64,000 nt of DNA, taken from assembly GCA_016432625.1 (NCBI GenBank), contig CP066697.1:671951-735950 (forward strand), read 5' to 3'. The notes below the pieces were generated by a model. The model was not told the DNA's origin, searched no databases, and saw nothing but the letters and a program-made list of their open reading frames with translations. The position numbers were made by a program, and so were the translations under genes. Below are positions 27,230 to 36,769 of this stretch, piece by piece (the stretch's first letter is position 1; each line of letters begins with the position of its first letter). Origin of the DNA: Candidatus Berkelbacteria bacterium (GTDB taxonomy: Bacteria > Patescibacteriota > UBA1384 > 2-12-FULL-50-11).

Positions 27230-29230
27230 TCATCGGATTACTAGTGTGATGATCAAAATTGCCACAATGTTGGCAATTTTTATCATGGGATTTATAGCTG
27301 GGCCAGCAGTGTCTTTGTACGGATCGCCGACGGTGTCTCCAGTGACCGAGGCTTTATGGGCTTCAGAACCCTTGCCACCGTGATTACCTTCTTCGATGTA
27401 CTTCTTGGCGTTATCCCAAGCCGCGCCTCCGGTAGTCATCGACAGAGCCACAAACAGCCCTGTGACGATCGAGCCAATCAACAGACCACCTAGCGCCGCT
27501 GGACCTAAGAGCCAGCCGACAAGAATCGGCACGACTACTGGCAGGAGCGCCGGGACAATCATCTCTCGTAAGGCAGCACCAGTAACTATTGAGACGGCGC
27601 GGGCGTAGTCGGGCTTAATCTTGCCTTCGAGAATACCGCGACGCTCCTTGAACTGACGGCGTACTTCGCTCACGACGGCGCTAGCAGCGCGGCCGACGGC
27701 TTCCATCGACATCGCGGCAAAGAGATACGGCATCAGACCGCCGATAAAGAGTCCAGCGATGACGTACGGGTCGGATAGGCTGTAAGCGATATCGACACCC
27801 TTAGCGGCAATTTCTTGCGTGTAAGAGGCGAAGAGTACCAGGGCCGCCAAGCCGGCCGAAGCGATCGCGTAACCTTTCGTAACGGCTTTAGTAGTGTTGC
27901 CAACAGCGTCAAGCGCATCAGTGACAGTGCGGACTTCGCTCGGTAGTTCTGCCATTTCGGCAATCCCGCCAGCGTTATCAGTAATCGGGCCGAAGGCGTC
28001 AATGGCGACAATCAAACCCGTCAGGGAAAGCATCGAGAAAGCCGCTACGGCAACGCCGTAGAGACCAGCCAGCTCAAAAGCACCCAGCGCGCCTGCCGCA
28101 ATAACCAGCACTGGCCACATTGTCGAGCGCATTGAGAGCGCTAACCCGGAAATAATGTTGGTGGCGTGACCGGTTTCCGAGGCTTTGGCAATTGACCGAA
28201 CGGGTCGGTACTTAGTTGAGGTATAGTACTCGGTTATAAGCATCATCGCGGCCGTAACGCCGATACCGATAGCGGCGGCGCCGAAGAGCTTGGCAACGTT
28301 AAATTCATCGCTCATCAGCCAGCTCGTCAGTGGCCAGATGCCAGCGAGCGCTAAAACGATGGCGGCGATCAAGCCTTTGTACATCGCGCCCATGATGTTG
28401 CCACTCCTTGATAAGCGAACAAACCAGCTACCAATAATCGAAGCGACTATCGATAGGGCGCCTAAGGCTAGGGGGTAGAGGATAACGTTGTCATTACCTT
28501 CGAAGAGGATGCTGCCCAGCAACATCGCGCTCACCGCTGTAACGACGTAAGTTTCAAATAAATCAGCAGCCATGCCGGCGCAGTCTCCGACGTTATCACC
28601 GACGTTATCGGCAATTACCGCTGGGTTACGGGGGTCATCCTCCGGAATGCCGGCTTCAACTTTACCGACTAAATCCGCTCCGACATCGGCGGCTTTGGTA
28701 TAAATGCCGCCACCGAGCCTGGCGAAGATCGAGATTAATGAGCCACCGAAAGCCAAGCCAACGAGCGCCGAGACGTCTCGAGTCAGCCAATAGAAAACCG
28801 TTGTGCCAAGTAGCCCTAAGCCAACTACCATCAGCCCGGTAACTGCGCCACCGCGGAAAGCTAGATTCAGGGCAGGGACAAGGCCGGTTTTAGCTGCTTC
28901 AGCGGTCCGGATGTTGGCACGAACAGAGACGTTCATGCCGATATACCCCGACATCGCAGACAGCACGGCGCCGAGAACAAAGCCTCCGGCAATCGTCCAG
29001 TTGAGTAAGAAGCCAAGCAGTAAGAAGGCGAGCAAAGCCACGACGGCAACCGTTCGGTACTGGCGGTTCAGATATGCTTTGGCGCCCTGCTGGATGGCCG
29101 AGGCGATCTCTTGCATTCGCGCATCGCCGTTAGCCCGGCTATTGATCCAACGCCCTAATAGTAACGCGTAGATTACAGCCAACGCCCCCGCTCCAGTCGC
29201 CCCGTAAAGAATGTATTGCTCAGTAGTCAT
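27230..29230 (-). CDS. hppA: Membrane-bound proton/sodium-translocating pyrophosphatase (V-PPase)
   Basis: 666 aa. Motifs '[19 protein letters not shown]', '[21 protein letters not shown]' and '[19 protein letters not shown]'. An AAGGAGAGG RBS is present. Confidence 0.95.
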   Translation of the reverse strand: MTTEQYILYGATGAGALAVIYALLLGRWINSRANGDARMQEIASAIQQGAKAYLNRQYRTVAVVALLAFLLLGFLLNWTIAGGFVLGAVLSAMSGYIGMNVSVRANIRTAEAAKTGLVPALNLAFRGGAVTGLMVVGLGLLGTTVFYWLTRDVSALVGLAFGGSLISIFARLGGGIYTKAADVGADLVGKVEAGIPEDDPRNPAVIADNVGDNVGDCAGMAADLFETYVVTAVSAMLLGSILFEGNDNVILYPLALGALSIVASIIGSWFVRLSRSGNIMGAMYKGLIAAIVLALAGIWPLTSWLMSDEFNVAKLFGAAAIGIGVTAAMMLITEYYTSTKYRPVRSIAKASETGHATNIISGLALSMRSTMWPVLVIAAGALGAFELAGLYGVAVAAFSMLSLTGLIVAIDAFGPITDNAGGIAEMAELPSEVRTVTDALDAVGNTTKAVTKGYAIASAGLAALVLFASYTQEIAAKGVDIAYSLSDPYVIAGLFIGGLMPYLFAAMSMEAVGRAASAVVSEVRRQFKERRGILEGKIKPDYARAVSIVTGAALREMIVPALLPVVVPILVGWLLGPAALGGLLIGSIVTGLFVALSMTTGGAAWDNAKKYIEEGNHGGKGSEAHKASVTGDTVGDPYKDTAGPAINPMIKIANIVAILIITLVIR

Positions 29231-29414
29231 GAACCTCTCCTTAATTAAAATATAGTAAGACTATTTTAACTGGTTCGAGCGACCAAGACAAGGGAGGATC
29301 AGCGCTGACGAGGCCTCTTGGGCACGCGTCAAAACTTCCTAGTTTTGCGCTCCCGCTCGCCTGCACGGCTGCGCGAAGCCCAAGAAGCCTCGCCAGCCGG
29401 AAAAGGGAAAGGGG

Positions 29415-29687
29415 TTAGTGGGCGGCTGCGGCAGTCTTTTTGATTTTACCGACCACGCCCTTCAGTGCCTTCAGGGTCTCGACGTCTTGTTCGATCGCTT
29501 TCAGGGTCTGCTTAAGATGGTTCAGCTCGTGGGCTTCTTCATCATTGACTTCCTTCAATTCCTTGCAGATTGTCTCAACGACTTCGGGAGTGACGCCCTT
29601 GTGATGGACCAGCGTAACCAGTCGCACTTCACGAAATGGCCCTACATCAGCAGCCTTAATCGCCTCGATCAAGTCTTCGTTGCTCAT
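29415..29687 (-). CDS. Hypothetical helical protein (90 aa)
   Basis: Overlaps the upstream gene by 4 nt (ATGA). Acidic/Lys-rich, predicted coiled-coil. Confidence 0.45.
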   Translation of the reverse strand: MSNEDLIEAIKAADVGPFREVRLVTLVHHKGVTPEVVETICKELKEVNDEEAHELNHLKQTLKAIEQDVETLKALKGVVGKIKKTAAAAH

Positions 29688-30178
29688 GAATTAGACCCGT
29701 CACTTTTTGCCATCAGATGGTCAAGCCGGCGCTCGTATAACTGATCAATTATGCCCTGACGCCTCTCGATACGTGCCGAATAGGTAGTAATATCCCCTCG
29801 AAAAGTCTCGGGAGCGGCCAAGCCGCGCTCGATCTCCTCTTCCATGGTCTGCAGCCAAATCGTTTCGTCCTCAAGCTTAAGTTGCTGACCGGAGAGGCGC
29901 TGGTCGATTAGCTTTAAGCGATGATCCTGCTCTCGGCCCATAAGACCATTAAGGTGCGCCAGGGCCTTAGGCGCCAACTCGTAAACCTTTTGCGACAGGG
30001 CGTTTAAACCGTCATAGAAATCGGGGGTGGGCTTGTACTCGCCTTGGTCGGTAGCTAGCTCATCAGATTCAGTAGCTACACTAGCGCTTGGCTCGCGAGT
30101 CACCGGCACAATGACCGGTTCTTTGTAATCTTGCGCCCCCTCAAGAGCCGCCCCACCATATAGTTCCCCTACTGCCAT
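29684..30178 (-). CDS. Hypothetical protein (about 164 aa), first gene of a two-gene operon
   Basis: Start ATG 30176-30178 (the ORF also opens with GTG 30181). A TATATT -10 and GAAGGTG RBS lie upstream. Confidence 0.45.
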   Translation of the reverse strand: MAVGELYGGAALEGAQDYKEPVIVPVTREPSASVATESDELATDQGEYKPTPDFYDGLNALSQKVYELAPKALAHLNGLMGREQDHRLKLIDQRLSGQQLKLEDETIWLQTMEEEIERGLAAPETFRGDITTYSARIERRQGIIDQLYERRLDHLMAKSDGSNS

Positions 30179-30311
30179 CACCTTCTAAATATACTGTTTT
30201 AGGCCCGTTTAGCTAGTAATAAAAGAACCGAACTAAACCCTGGACTTTTAGGAGGAAATAGGCTAAAATGGCCGCCAGTTAGTACGACCGCGTACAACAA
30301 AGGAGTCCGAT

Positions 30312-30866
30312 GTGCCCAACCCGATATCCCTCGTCATTGTGCCCACTGCGGGCCTCGAGAAAATCCTCGGCCAGGTAATTCCCGACGACAACGGCCACCG
30401 ACGTATCAAAGTCGGCGCCGAGTTGCTGCGGAACAAAAAGGCCGGCGGGATCATTTTCTTCGGTGGCAAGACCGCCGGTAAAGGTTGGGCTGAAGTTTAC
30501 GCGGAGCGTTTCCGCTTGCTTTACCCCGACCTCGTTAACGAGATCGTCATGACCAATGCCAGTGGCACCAACAGCGCCGCTGACGTCAAGTTCCTCGCCA
30601 ACTACCTGGACAAGTCAGGCATCGGCAAGGACGCGACATTGTTCACGCCGACCTACTCCTGGCATTTCTGGCGAATACGGTCATCAATGTGGTGGAAGGG
30701 GTACCGCCAAGTCGTCCACTGCCCTAGTAACGAAGAGCGATGCTACCCAGTAGCGCTCGAATTGCTACTTGCGGCAGTTACTCTCGTCGACCCATATTGG
30801 CAGTGGCTGGGCCTGCCCCTGGCCTGGCTCTCGGCCAAGCGCCTCGCCGCACACACGCCTTCATGA
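30312..30866 (+). CDS. DUF218 / YdcF (SanA/ElyC)-like family protein
   Basis: GTG start with an AAGGAG RBS 7 nt upstream. 'LVIVPTAGLEK...RIKVGAELLRNKKAGGIIFFGGKT...NASGTNSAADVKFLANYL' follows the DUF218 pattern. Confidence 0.5.
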   Translation: MPNPISLVIVPTAGLEKILGQVIPDDNGHRRIKVGAELLRNKKAGGIIFFGGKTAGKGWAEVYAERFRLLYPDLVNEIVMTNASGTNSAADVKFLANYLDKSGIGKDATLFTPTYSWHFWRIRSSMWWKGYRQVVHCPSNEERCYPVALELLLAAVTLVDPYWQWLGLPLAWLSAKRLAAHTPS

Positions 30867-30888
30867 GACCTCCGTTCTCCGAGACCGA

Positions 30889-30920
30889 CGCCCCGGCCAA
30901 CAAAGCCGGGGCGTTTCTCT
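30889..30920 (+). terminator. Rho-independent terminator between convergent genes
   Basis: Stem cgccccggc / gccggggcg (9 bp), loop caacaaa, followed by TTTCTCT. Confidence 0.55.
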
Positions 30921-32040
30921 ACCCTAAAACTTTTTTATAAATCTCTAAGGTCTCGGCGGCCATTTTGGCCCAGGAGAATTCCTTGGCGCGCGCTAAACCT
31001 TTCTGCCGCAGATCGGCAGCAAATTTTGGATCACTAAGAATCCTCCGAACCGCCGCCGCGATTTCGGCCGGTTTTTTCGGATCGACCAATAGACCAGCGT
31101 CGCCGACTACTTCGGGCAAACTCGAAGTATTGCTGGTTACTACCGGCGCGCCAGCGCTAAAGGCCTCTAGAATCATCAAGCCAAAACCCTCGTACCAACT
31201 GGGGTGAACGTACGCCACAGCGCCCGAGTACAAAGCCGGCAGGTCGTCATCGGGCACAAAACCGGGCGCGACTATTCTCTGACCCATCGACTGCTTCGTT
31301 TTGACCAGGGCAGCAATCTCTGGATTCTGCTTGTCTGGTTTGCCCGTTATCACTAGGCCTACATCACTGGATTCCTGAGTAATTGTTTCGAAAGCTTCTA
31401 GAAGGGCTGGCAAGCCTTTGTAGCGCTCCCAGCGACTAACGAAAAGAATGTAGCGTTCTGGTAAATTTAGCTTAGCCTTGACCGCCGCGATCGCTGAGGG
31501 AGTTGCCACCTTGAACTTCTCCTCGCTGCCTTCAGGTGTAACAACGATTTTTGCGGCTGGGAAATTCAACATATTAACGAGGTCTTTTTTTGTTGAAAGG
31601 CTTGGAACAATTATCGTCTCGGCTCGCTTGCAGTCGTTCATTACTTTTCTGTAGGCGGCTCGGCGCAGCCAAGAGTCTTTTTGGGCGCCGGTAGGAAACA
31701 CGTGCATAATCAGGTCGTGAATCGTTACTACAAACTTGCCGCCGTAAAAAATTGGGTGGTTAAAGTTTGCAAAATGGACTAAGTCGAAATGCTGCTCGTT
31801 GAGGATTTTTGGCAAACGGCGCTGCTCGCTTAACGAGTAGTGGGCAATAGGCACAACTAGCTTCGTTAGGTTGGGTGCCGTAAGGCTAAACTCAGCTTCA
31901 TCCGCCGGGGTGATGATGGCGGTGTAGTTATTTTTCGTGTCAAGTTTCAAGAGCTCGCCGAGCAGATTACGGCTGTAGCGGCCCAAGCCGCCGGTCTCGC
32001 CGCGCCAGAAGCGCAAGTCTAGTCCAATTTTACTCATCAA
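30919..32040 (-). CDS. Glycosyltransferase family 4 (GT-B)
   Basis: 'EGFGLMILEAFSAGAPVVTSNTSSLPEVVGDAG' is the GT4 E-x7-E region. 373 aa. Confidence 0.85.
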   Translation of the reverse strand: MMSKIGLDLRFWRGETGGLGRYSRNLLGELLKLDTKNNYTAIITPADEAEFSLTAPNLTKLVVPIAHYSLSEQRRLPKILNEQHFDLVHFANFNHPIFYGGKFVVTIHDLIMHVFPTGAQKDSWLRRAAYRKVMNDCKRAETIIVPSLSTKKDLVNMLNFPAAKIVVTPEGSEEKFKVATPSAIAAVKAKLNLPERYILFVSRWERYKGLPALLEAFETITQESSDVGLVITGKPDKQNPEIAALVKTKQSMGQRIVAPGFVPDDDLPALYSGAVAYVHPSWYEGFGLMILEAFSAGAPVVTSNTSSLPEVVGDAGLLVDPKKPAEIAAAVRRILSDPKFAADLRQKGLARAKEFSWAKMAAETLEIYKKVLG

Positions 32041-33231
32041 TTAATTACTACCTTCTTCATCGCTGCTCGCAAGCCCGGCTAACATTAGCGTCATCCAGAT
32101 CGCGGCTTGGCCGGTGTAATGGTTCAGGAAGATCCCGGCGACAACCAAGCCGATACTGGCAACGAATGCGCCATCGGCGAGCGCGGTGCGGCGATTTGCC
32201 AGATGAACAAGCAACAAGACCCAGAACAACGGGTAAAGCAGGCCGCCAAATACTCCCAAACCTTCGTACATATCTAAGTAAGTGTTTTCGGTAAACCGGT
32301 TCTCTCCGCCGTCTAGGCGATCCTGGGAAACGGGGCCAGTTGAGCCAGGGCCGCGTCCAAGCCAGCCGATTTCGTCAGTATGGTCGAAAAGCCGTTCGTA
32401 CTGCTGCGAGCGGATAATTGTCGAGTCCTCCCGGATTAAGGACGCTGGTACCAGCCAAAAAGCAGCGGCGGCGGCAAACACGCTAATCGCTAGGCCAATC
32501 AGAGCCCCTCGAGCAAGCCTCGGCGCACGCGAACGATATAGCGCTGTTGCCGCGATTAGCCCTGCGACAAGCCCCAGCGCGGCGCTTCGGGCCACCGTCA
32601 AGACAAAGGCTACCGCCAGGATGATAAGTAGCGGCATGCCGTAGCGTTTAGCGATACTTCGCCAGGCGCCCCAACTTAAGATACCGACCATCAGATAGAG
32701 GCCGAGCGCGTTCGGACCAGCCAAGAGCGACTGCATTCGCGGCAAGCCGGCTGCCTTGTGATAGTCGCCCAGATACCCTCGGCCAAGTTCGTTTAACGTA
32801 ATACGGAAGGCTGCGGGAAAGATATACTCGAGGAACCCGAGAATCGCCACTCCGCCCAAAGTAAAAGCAAACGTTTTTAGCGCCATGGCCTTAAACTCGG
32901 GGCTCCACTGCGCCCGCGCAATTACGAGATAGAGTAGTAGCGGCTCGCCGAGATAGCGCACGGCGCGCAACCATTGGTTCAGCTCTTCGCCACGCCAGAA
33001 GTAGCTCAAGACAAGGTTTATTAGAAGTAGCAAGGCAACCCATGCGGCAGGTCTAAAGCGCAAAGTTAGCGGTAGGGTAATTATTAAGCCGAGTAACAAT
33101 ATGTCCCGGCCGAACGACAGGCCAGATGTGCCGAAAAAACTAACCAACCAAGCACTGAGGGGGAGGAAAACAATCAGGGCAATCAGGAGTTGCCCTGCGA
33201 GGGGCCGGCGAGTGCTGGCTTCTTGAATCAT
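32041..33231 (-). CDS. O-antigen ligase/polymerase (Wzy_C)-like multi-pass membrane protein
   Basis: 396 aa with about 10 predicted TM helices and a large periplasmic loop. It is adjacent to glycosyltransferases. Confidence 0.55.
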   Translation of the reverse strand: MIQEASTRRPLAGQLLIALIVFLPLSAWLVSFFGTSGLSFGRDILLLGLIITLPLTLRFRPAAWVALLLLINLVLSYFWRGEELNQWLRAVRYLGEPLLLYLVIARAQWSPEFKAMALKTFAFTLGGVAILGFLEYIFPAAFRITLNELGRGYLGDYHKAAGLPRMQSLLAGPNALGLYLMVGILSWGAWRSIAKRYGMPLLIILAVAFVLTVARSAALGLVAGLIAATALYRSRAPRLARGALIGLAISVFAAAAAFWLVPASLIREDSTIIRSQQYERLFDHTDEIGWLGRGPGSTGPVSQDRLDGGENRFTENTYLDMYEGLGVFGGLLYPLFWVLLLVHLANRRTALADGAFVASIGLVVAGIFLNHYTGQAAIWMTLMLAGLASSDEEGSN

Positions 33232-33240
33232 GGCTCCAGT

Positions 33241-33798
33241 TTATTCTTTTTGAGTAAGCAGTCCCAAATGTTTCGCTGCCAACATTAACGCCGCCATACT
33301 CTGGCCACAAGAAAGCTCACCAAGATCAATCATCCGAAGGATTTCTGGCAACGAGAATGCCTGCATTTCCTGGATTCCCTCTTCCTCCTGCTGATGCTTG
33401 CCTGTTTGAGATAGCCCAGTAGCGATGAAAACATGCGACCAATCTTGAGAGATGCCGTTAACTACTTGAAGGCGGCCAATCTTTCGCCAGTTTTTTGCTT
33501 CAAGGCCAGTCTCCTCCTTTAGCTCGCGTTTCGCTTCGGCGAGCAGATCGTCGCCGTCGGCGGCTCCAGCCGGTAGCTCCCAGGAGAAAGTTGATGTCGG
33601 GTAGCGAAATTGGCCAACCAAATATATTTTATCGTCGTCGGTGATGGCGACGATATAAACCCCTGTACCGACTTGAACATAGCTATACTGCCCCGGTGAG
33701 CCATCTGGTCGCGTCACCTTGTCCTCATAAACCTCCATCCACGGCGTCTTATATACCAGCCGGTGACTGAGCCGCTTCCAGGGATTACGACGTTCCAT
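33241..33798 (-). CDS. NUDIX hydrolase
   Basis: Nudix box 'GAADGDDLLAEAKRELKEETGL' (GX5EX7REUXEEXGU). Confidence 0.85.
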   Translation of the reverse strand: MERRNPWKRLSHRLVYKTPWMEVYEDKVTRPDGSPGQYSYVQVGTGVYIVAITDDDKIYLVGQFRYPTSTFSWELPAGAADGDDLLAEAKRELKEETGLEAKNWRKIGRLQVVNGISQDWSHVFIATGLSQTGKHQQEEEGIQEMQAFSLPEILRMIDLGELSCGQSMAALMLAAKHLGLLTQKE

Positions 33799-34976
33799 TA
33801 TTTAGCAACTTTCTTCTGTAAGTCTCGGTAGAACTTCACTAAGCGCTCCTCGTTTGTCGCCCAGTTGTATTCGCGTTCGCCAAGTTGTTGCGCCCCATTG
33901 GCAAGCTTGTGATAAAGCTCATGATCTGTGCTGAGCTCATCGAGCGCTTTTTCGAAAGCTGCCTGGTCGTTGAAAGGTATGACTAAGCCAGCTCGGTGCT
34001 TCTTAACTAGGTCAGCAATGAACAACCCCTCCGTTGTAATCATCGGCCTGCCAGCCGCAACCGCTTCAAAGAACTTATTTGGCATCGAGATAACAAAATT
34101 TGGGTCGCTGGGGTTATGGATGACATCGACTGCTGAAGCGACGGCCAAGTACGGCCAGAACTGGGTCACTGGGACGCCGGGAAGAATCTTGATGTTTGGC
34201 GAGGCGCCGGCCTTTGCTTTAAGTTCTTTAATCGTTAAGTCGCGTTCGAAGCCAACTGTGACCAGGTTTAACGAGCGAAATTTTGGCTTCTTGAAGGCAG
34301 CAATCTGTAGATCTAGCGCTCTTCGCTGATCGTAGAGACCGGCGTACAGATAAACAAAGTCGCCCGCCTTGAGACCGAGCTTGGTACGCAGGGCCTTAAC
34401 TTCGGGGGCGTCCTGGGAAGGCTGCTTTAAGTCTTTAGCGTTATAGATCGTTATCGTTCGCCGCGCTCCAAGGCTCTCGTAGCGCTCAAGCAGCCACGGC
34501 ACGACAGTGATAACCGCATCAACGTGACGGACTAAGAAAGCTTCAACCCCGTCGACCAACCGGCTCAACCTCGTGATGAACCCGCTCTGACTGATGCCGC
34601 GTACCATGCCGCCGTAATATTCATGGGCGTCATAGACGACTTTCCGACCGCTAAGACGGCCGGCGAAGTAGCCGGGCAGTAGGGTATCGAAATCGTGGCA
34701 ATGGATGATCTCGCTGGGGTGGCGAAAGATCCGCCAAAAGAGTTTGAGGTTAAAGACCACAAGTTTGCCCATTGCGGCGGTGCCGTAGGGGGAGCGGTAG
34801 CGCAAGCGCTCTACTCTAAAATGGGGGAAGACCTCATCTTGAGGAAAACGACCTTCACGATCCCAGGCTAAGATTGTCACCTCGCAGCCAGCCTTCCCCA
34901 GGGCCGTTGCCTCGCGCATCACCCGCTCGTCGGGGTTGAACGGATTACTCAGGAGCATCAAAACCCGCGCATTCAT
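33798..34976 (-). CDS. Glycosyltransferase family 4
   Basis: 392 aa with a GT-B two-domain architecture. N-terminus 'RVLMLLSNPFNPDERVMREATALGKAGCEV'. Confidence 0.75.
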   Translation of the reverse strand: MNARVLMLLSNPFNPDERVMREATALGKAGCEVTILAWDREGRFPQDEVFPHFRVERLRYRSPYGTAAMGKLVVFNLKLFWRIFRHPSEIIHCHDFDTLLPGYFAGRLSGRKVVYDAHEYYGGMVRGISQSGFITRLSRLVDGVEAFLVRHVDAVITVVPWLLERYESLGARRTITIYNAKDLKQPSQDAPEVKALRTKLGLKAGDFVYLYAGLYDQRRALDLQIAAFKKPKFRSLNLVTVGFERDLTIKELKAKAGASPNIKILPGVPVTQFWPYLAVASAVDVIHNPSDPNFVISMPNKFFEAVAAGRPMITTEGLFIADLVKKHRAGLVIPFNDQAAFEKALDELSTDHELYHKLANGAQQLGEREYNWATNEERLVKFYRDLQKKVAK

Positions 34977-36061
34977 GATAAAAGTCCAAGCACCAGAGCT
35001 CTGTATAGTCTCCCTAAAACATTAATCGCTTTGAGCGGAATGGATTCGGCCTGGCCAGGGAAGACGAGGCGATAGGTCATTAGCTGGATTATATCTTTGT
35101 CGCTCACGCGACGTTGACGCTGGATGACTCGGCGCTCCTTCCAGGTGGTATCAAATAGTTTCAGGGCACCCCAGTAGCTTGCGAGCTTGGCGCCAAGCCA
35201 GCCCCTGGGGATTGAGGCTAGTATTAGGCAGAGCTCAAAGACAAGCCCGAATGGTAGCAGGAGTAGTAGCGTTAGAAGCCGGTAGTTTTTTAGTAACGTC
35301 AGGAGGCGGTTGCGCTCGGCGTAATAGAACTTAATCGGGTTACGACTGAAGGAGTATTTGTGCCAGACCACTGAGCGGCCAGCCCGCCATATCTCATAGC
35401 CAAGCAAGCGCGCTCTCCAGGAGAGATCGAGATCTTCGTGATACATAAAGTATTCCAGGGAGAAGCCACCGAGTTTTTTTGCTAGGTCGGCTTTAATAAA
35501 AAGCGCCGCGCCACTCGCGTAAGTAATTTGCTGATCCTTCGAGAACTCCGGCGAGTCAGGTTTTAGGTAGTCGCCGACGTAACCAAAGCCCAGGAAGTGA
35601 AGCTTATTACCCGCTGAGTTGATGAGCTTGGTGCGTTTGTTACTAGCTACGTCATAGAGCAGTAATTTCGATTGCACCAACCCCACCTCGGCTCGATTCA
35701 GTACTTTCAGGCCTTCCTCAAGAAAAGAAGCGTCAACCTCGGTGTCGTGATTCAGTAAGACGATATTTTTCGCTCCGTGCTTGATCGCCCAGCTCATACC
35801 GATATTATTGGCTTTGGCAAAACCCCAGTTACTTCGTTCTCTCACGATGACAGCTCGAGGGAAGCGGCGAGCCGCCTCATCTAAGAAACCTGTTTCCCGA
35901 GAATTGTTGTCGATCACTAGCGCCGTGAAGTTGGTGGTGTTTTGGCGGTAGAGAGAATCAAGGCAGTCAAGGAGATATTGTGGCTGGTTGTAGCTGACAA
36001 TAATAACGACGGTCGGGTCTTTTTTGGTGGTAGTTCTCAGTTCAGGGGTGGAGCGGCTCAT
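34973..36061 (-). CDS. Glycosyltransferase family 2
   Basis: 'VVIIVSYNQPQYLLDCLDSLYRQ...ALVIDNNS' GT2 N-terminal region with a DxD-like motif. 362 aa. Confidence 0.85.
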   Translation of the reverse strand: MSRSTPELRTTTKKDPTVVIIVSYNQPQYLLDCLDSLYRQNTTNFTALVIDNNSRETGFLDEAARRFPRAVIVRERSNWGFAKANNIGMSWAIKHGAKNIVLLNHDTEVDASFLEEGLKVLNRAEVGLVQSKLLLYDVASNKRTKLINSAGNKLHFLGFGYVGDYLKPDSPEFSKDQQITYASGAALFIKADLAKKLGGFSLEYFMYHEDLDLSWRARLLGYEIWRAGRSVVWHKYSFSRNPIKFYYAERNRLLTLLKNYRLLTLLLLLPFGLVFELCLILASIPRGWLGAKLASYWGALKLFDTTWKERRVIQRQRRVSDKDIIQLMTYRLVFPGQAESIPLKAINVLGRLYRALVLGLLS

Positions 36062-36196
36062 TGTACCCGTAAATTGTAGAGACCTACTCCTTATCTGTCT
36101 AGGTTAAGGGTGGTGTCTTGGCGCCCCCGAGCACCGGAAGCAGCACCTAATCAACTGGTGCTACAATGAATTTCAGACAAACATGAAACGACACCG

Positions 36197-36769
36197 ATGA
36201 ATTTCTGGCAGTCATTTTTCTCCTTCCATACTGTGAAGCTGTTACTATTCATCACAATTCTGTACCTAGTTATCTACGACTCTTTCAGCCTGACACCGAT
36301 CATGCCTGATATCTCAGCGCGCGCGGATTTTAAACATTACCGGGTCGTTAAGGAGCGTACCGAGCGAGACGCTAAACGACTCGCCGATTTGCAACGTATC
36401 CAACTTGCCCTGGAGCGCTACATCAAAGATCACGGCGAGCCACCGACGCCAAAATCTTACCAAGAGCAAGATTGGCTCAACTATGACACCTCCACTGACG
36501 GCGAATTCTTAAGGTTTTTGAAGCCGGATTATTTACTCGAGGTACCGCGCGACCCAATAAACGAAGATACCGGCAAGAAAACCAAGGAAGAGGGGGCGGA
36601 AGTTAAGTACGGCTACTTTTACGCATATTTCCAGGGGGATAGTAAATGGGGCGAGAAAGAACGAGATAAGCATTTTTACGTCCTCGGCACCTTTCTGGAG
36701 AGCGGGCAGAGCCAAGCTTTCCTTAATCATGAGGTCGGCTATTTTGTTGGCCGAGTCTTAGAGCCATGA
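36197..36769 (+). CDS. Hypothetical membrane-anchored protein (190 aa)
   Basis: N-terminal TM 'VKLLLFITILYLVIY'. A TACAAT -10 lies at about 36162-36167. It overlaps the next gene by 4 nt. Confidence 0.45.
   Translation: MNFWQSFFSFHTVKLLLFITILYLVIYDSFSLTPIMPDISARADFKHYRVVKERTERDAKRLADLQRIQLALERYIKDHGEPPTPKSYQEQDWLNYDTSTDGEFLRFLKPDYLLEVPRDPINEDTGKKTKEEGAEVKYGYFYAYFQGDSKWGEKERDKHFYVLGTFLESGQSQAFLNHEVGYFVGRVLEP

Noticed and set aside
30262-30300. AGGAGG followed by a 4-codon mini-ORF (MAAS*) upstream of the DUF218 gene
   Set aside because: Too short to evaluate and likely a chance occurrence. The AAGGAG motif at 30299-30304 serves the GTG start of the real gene.
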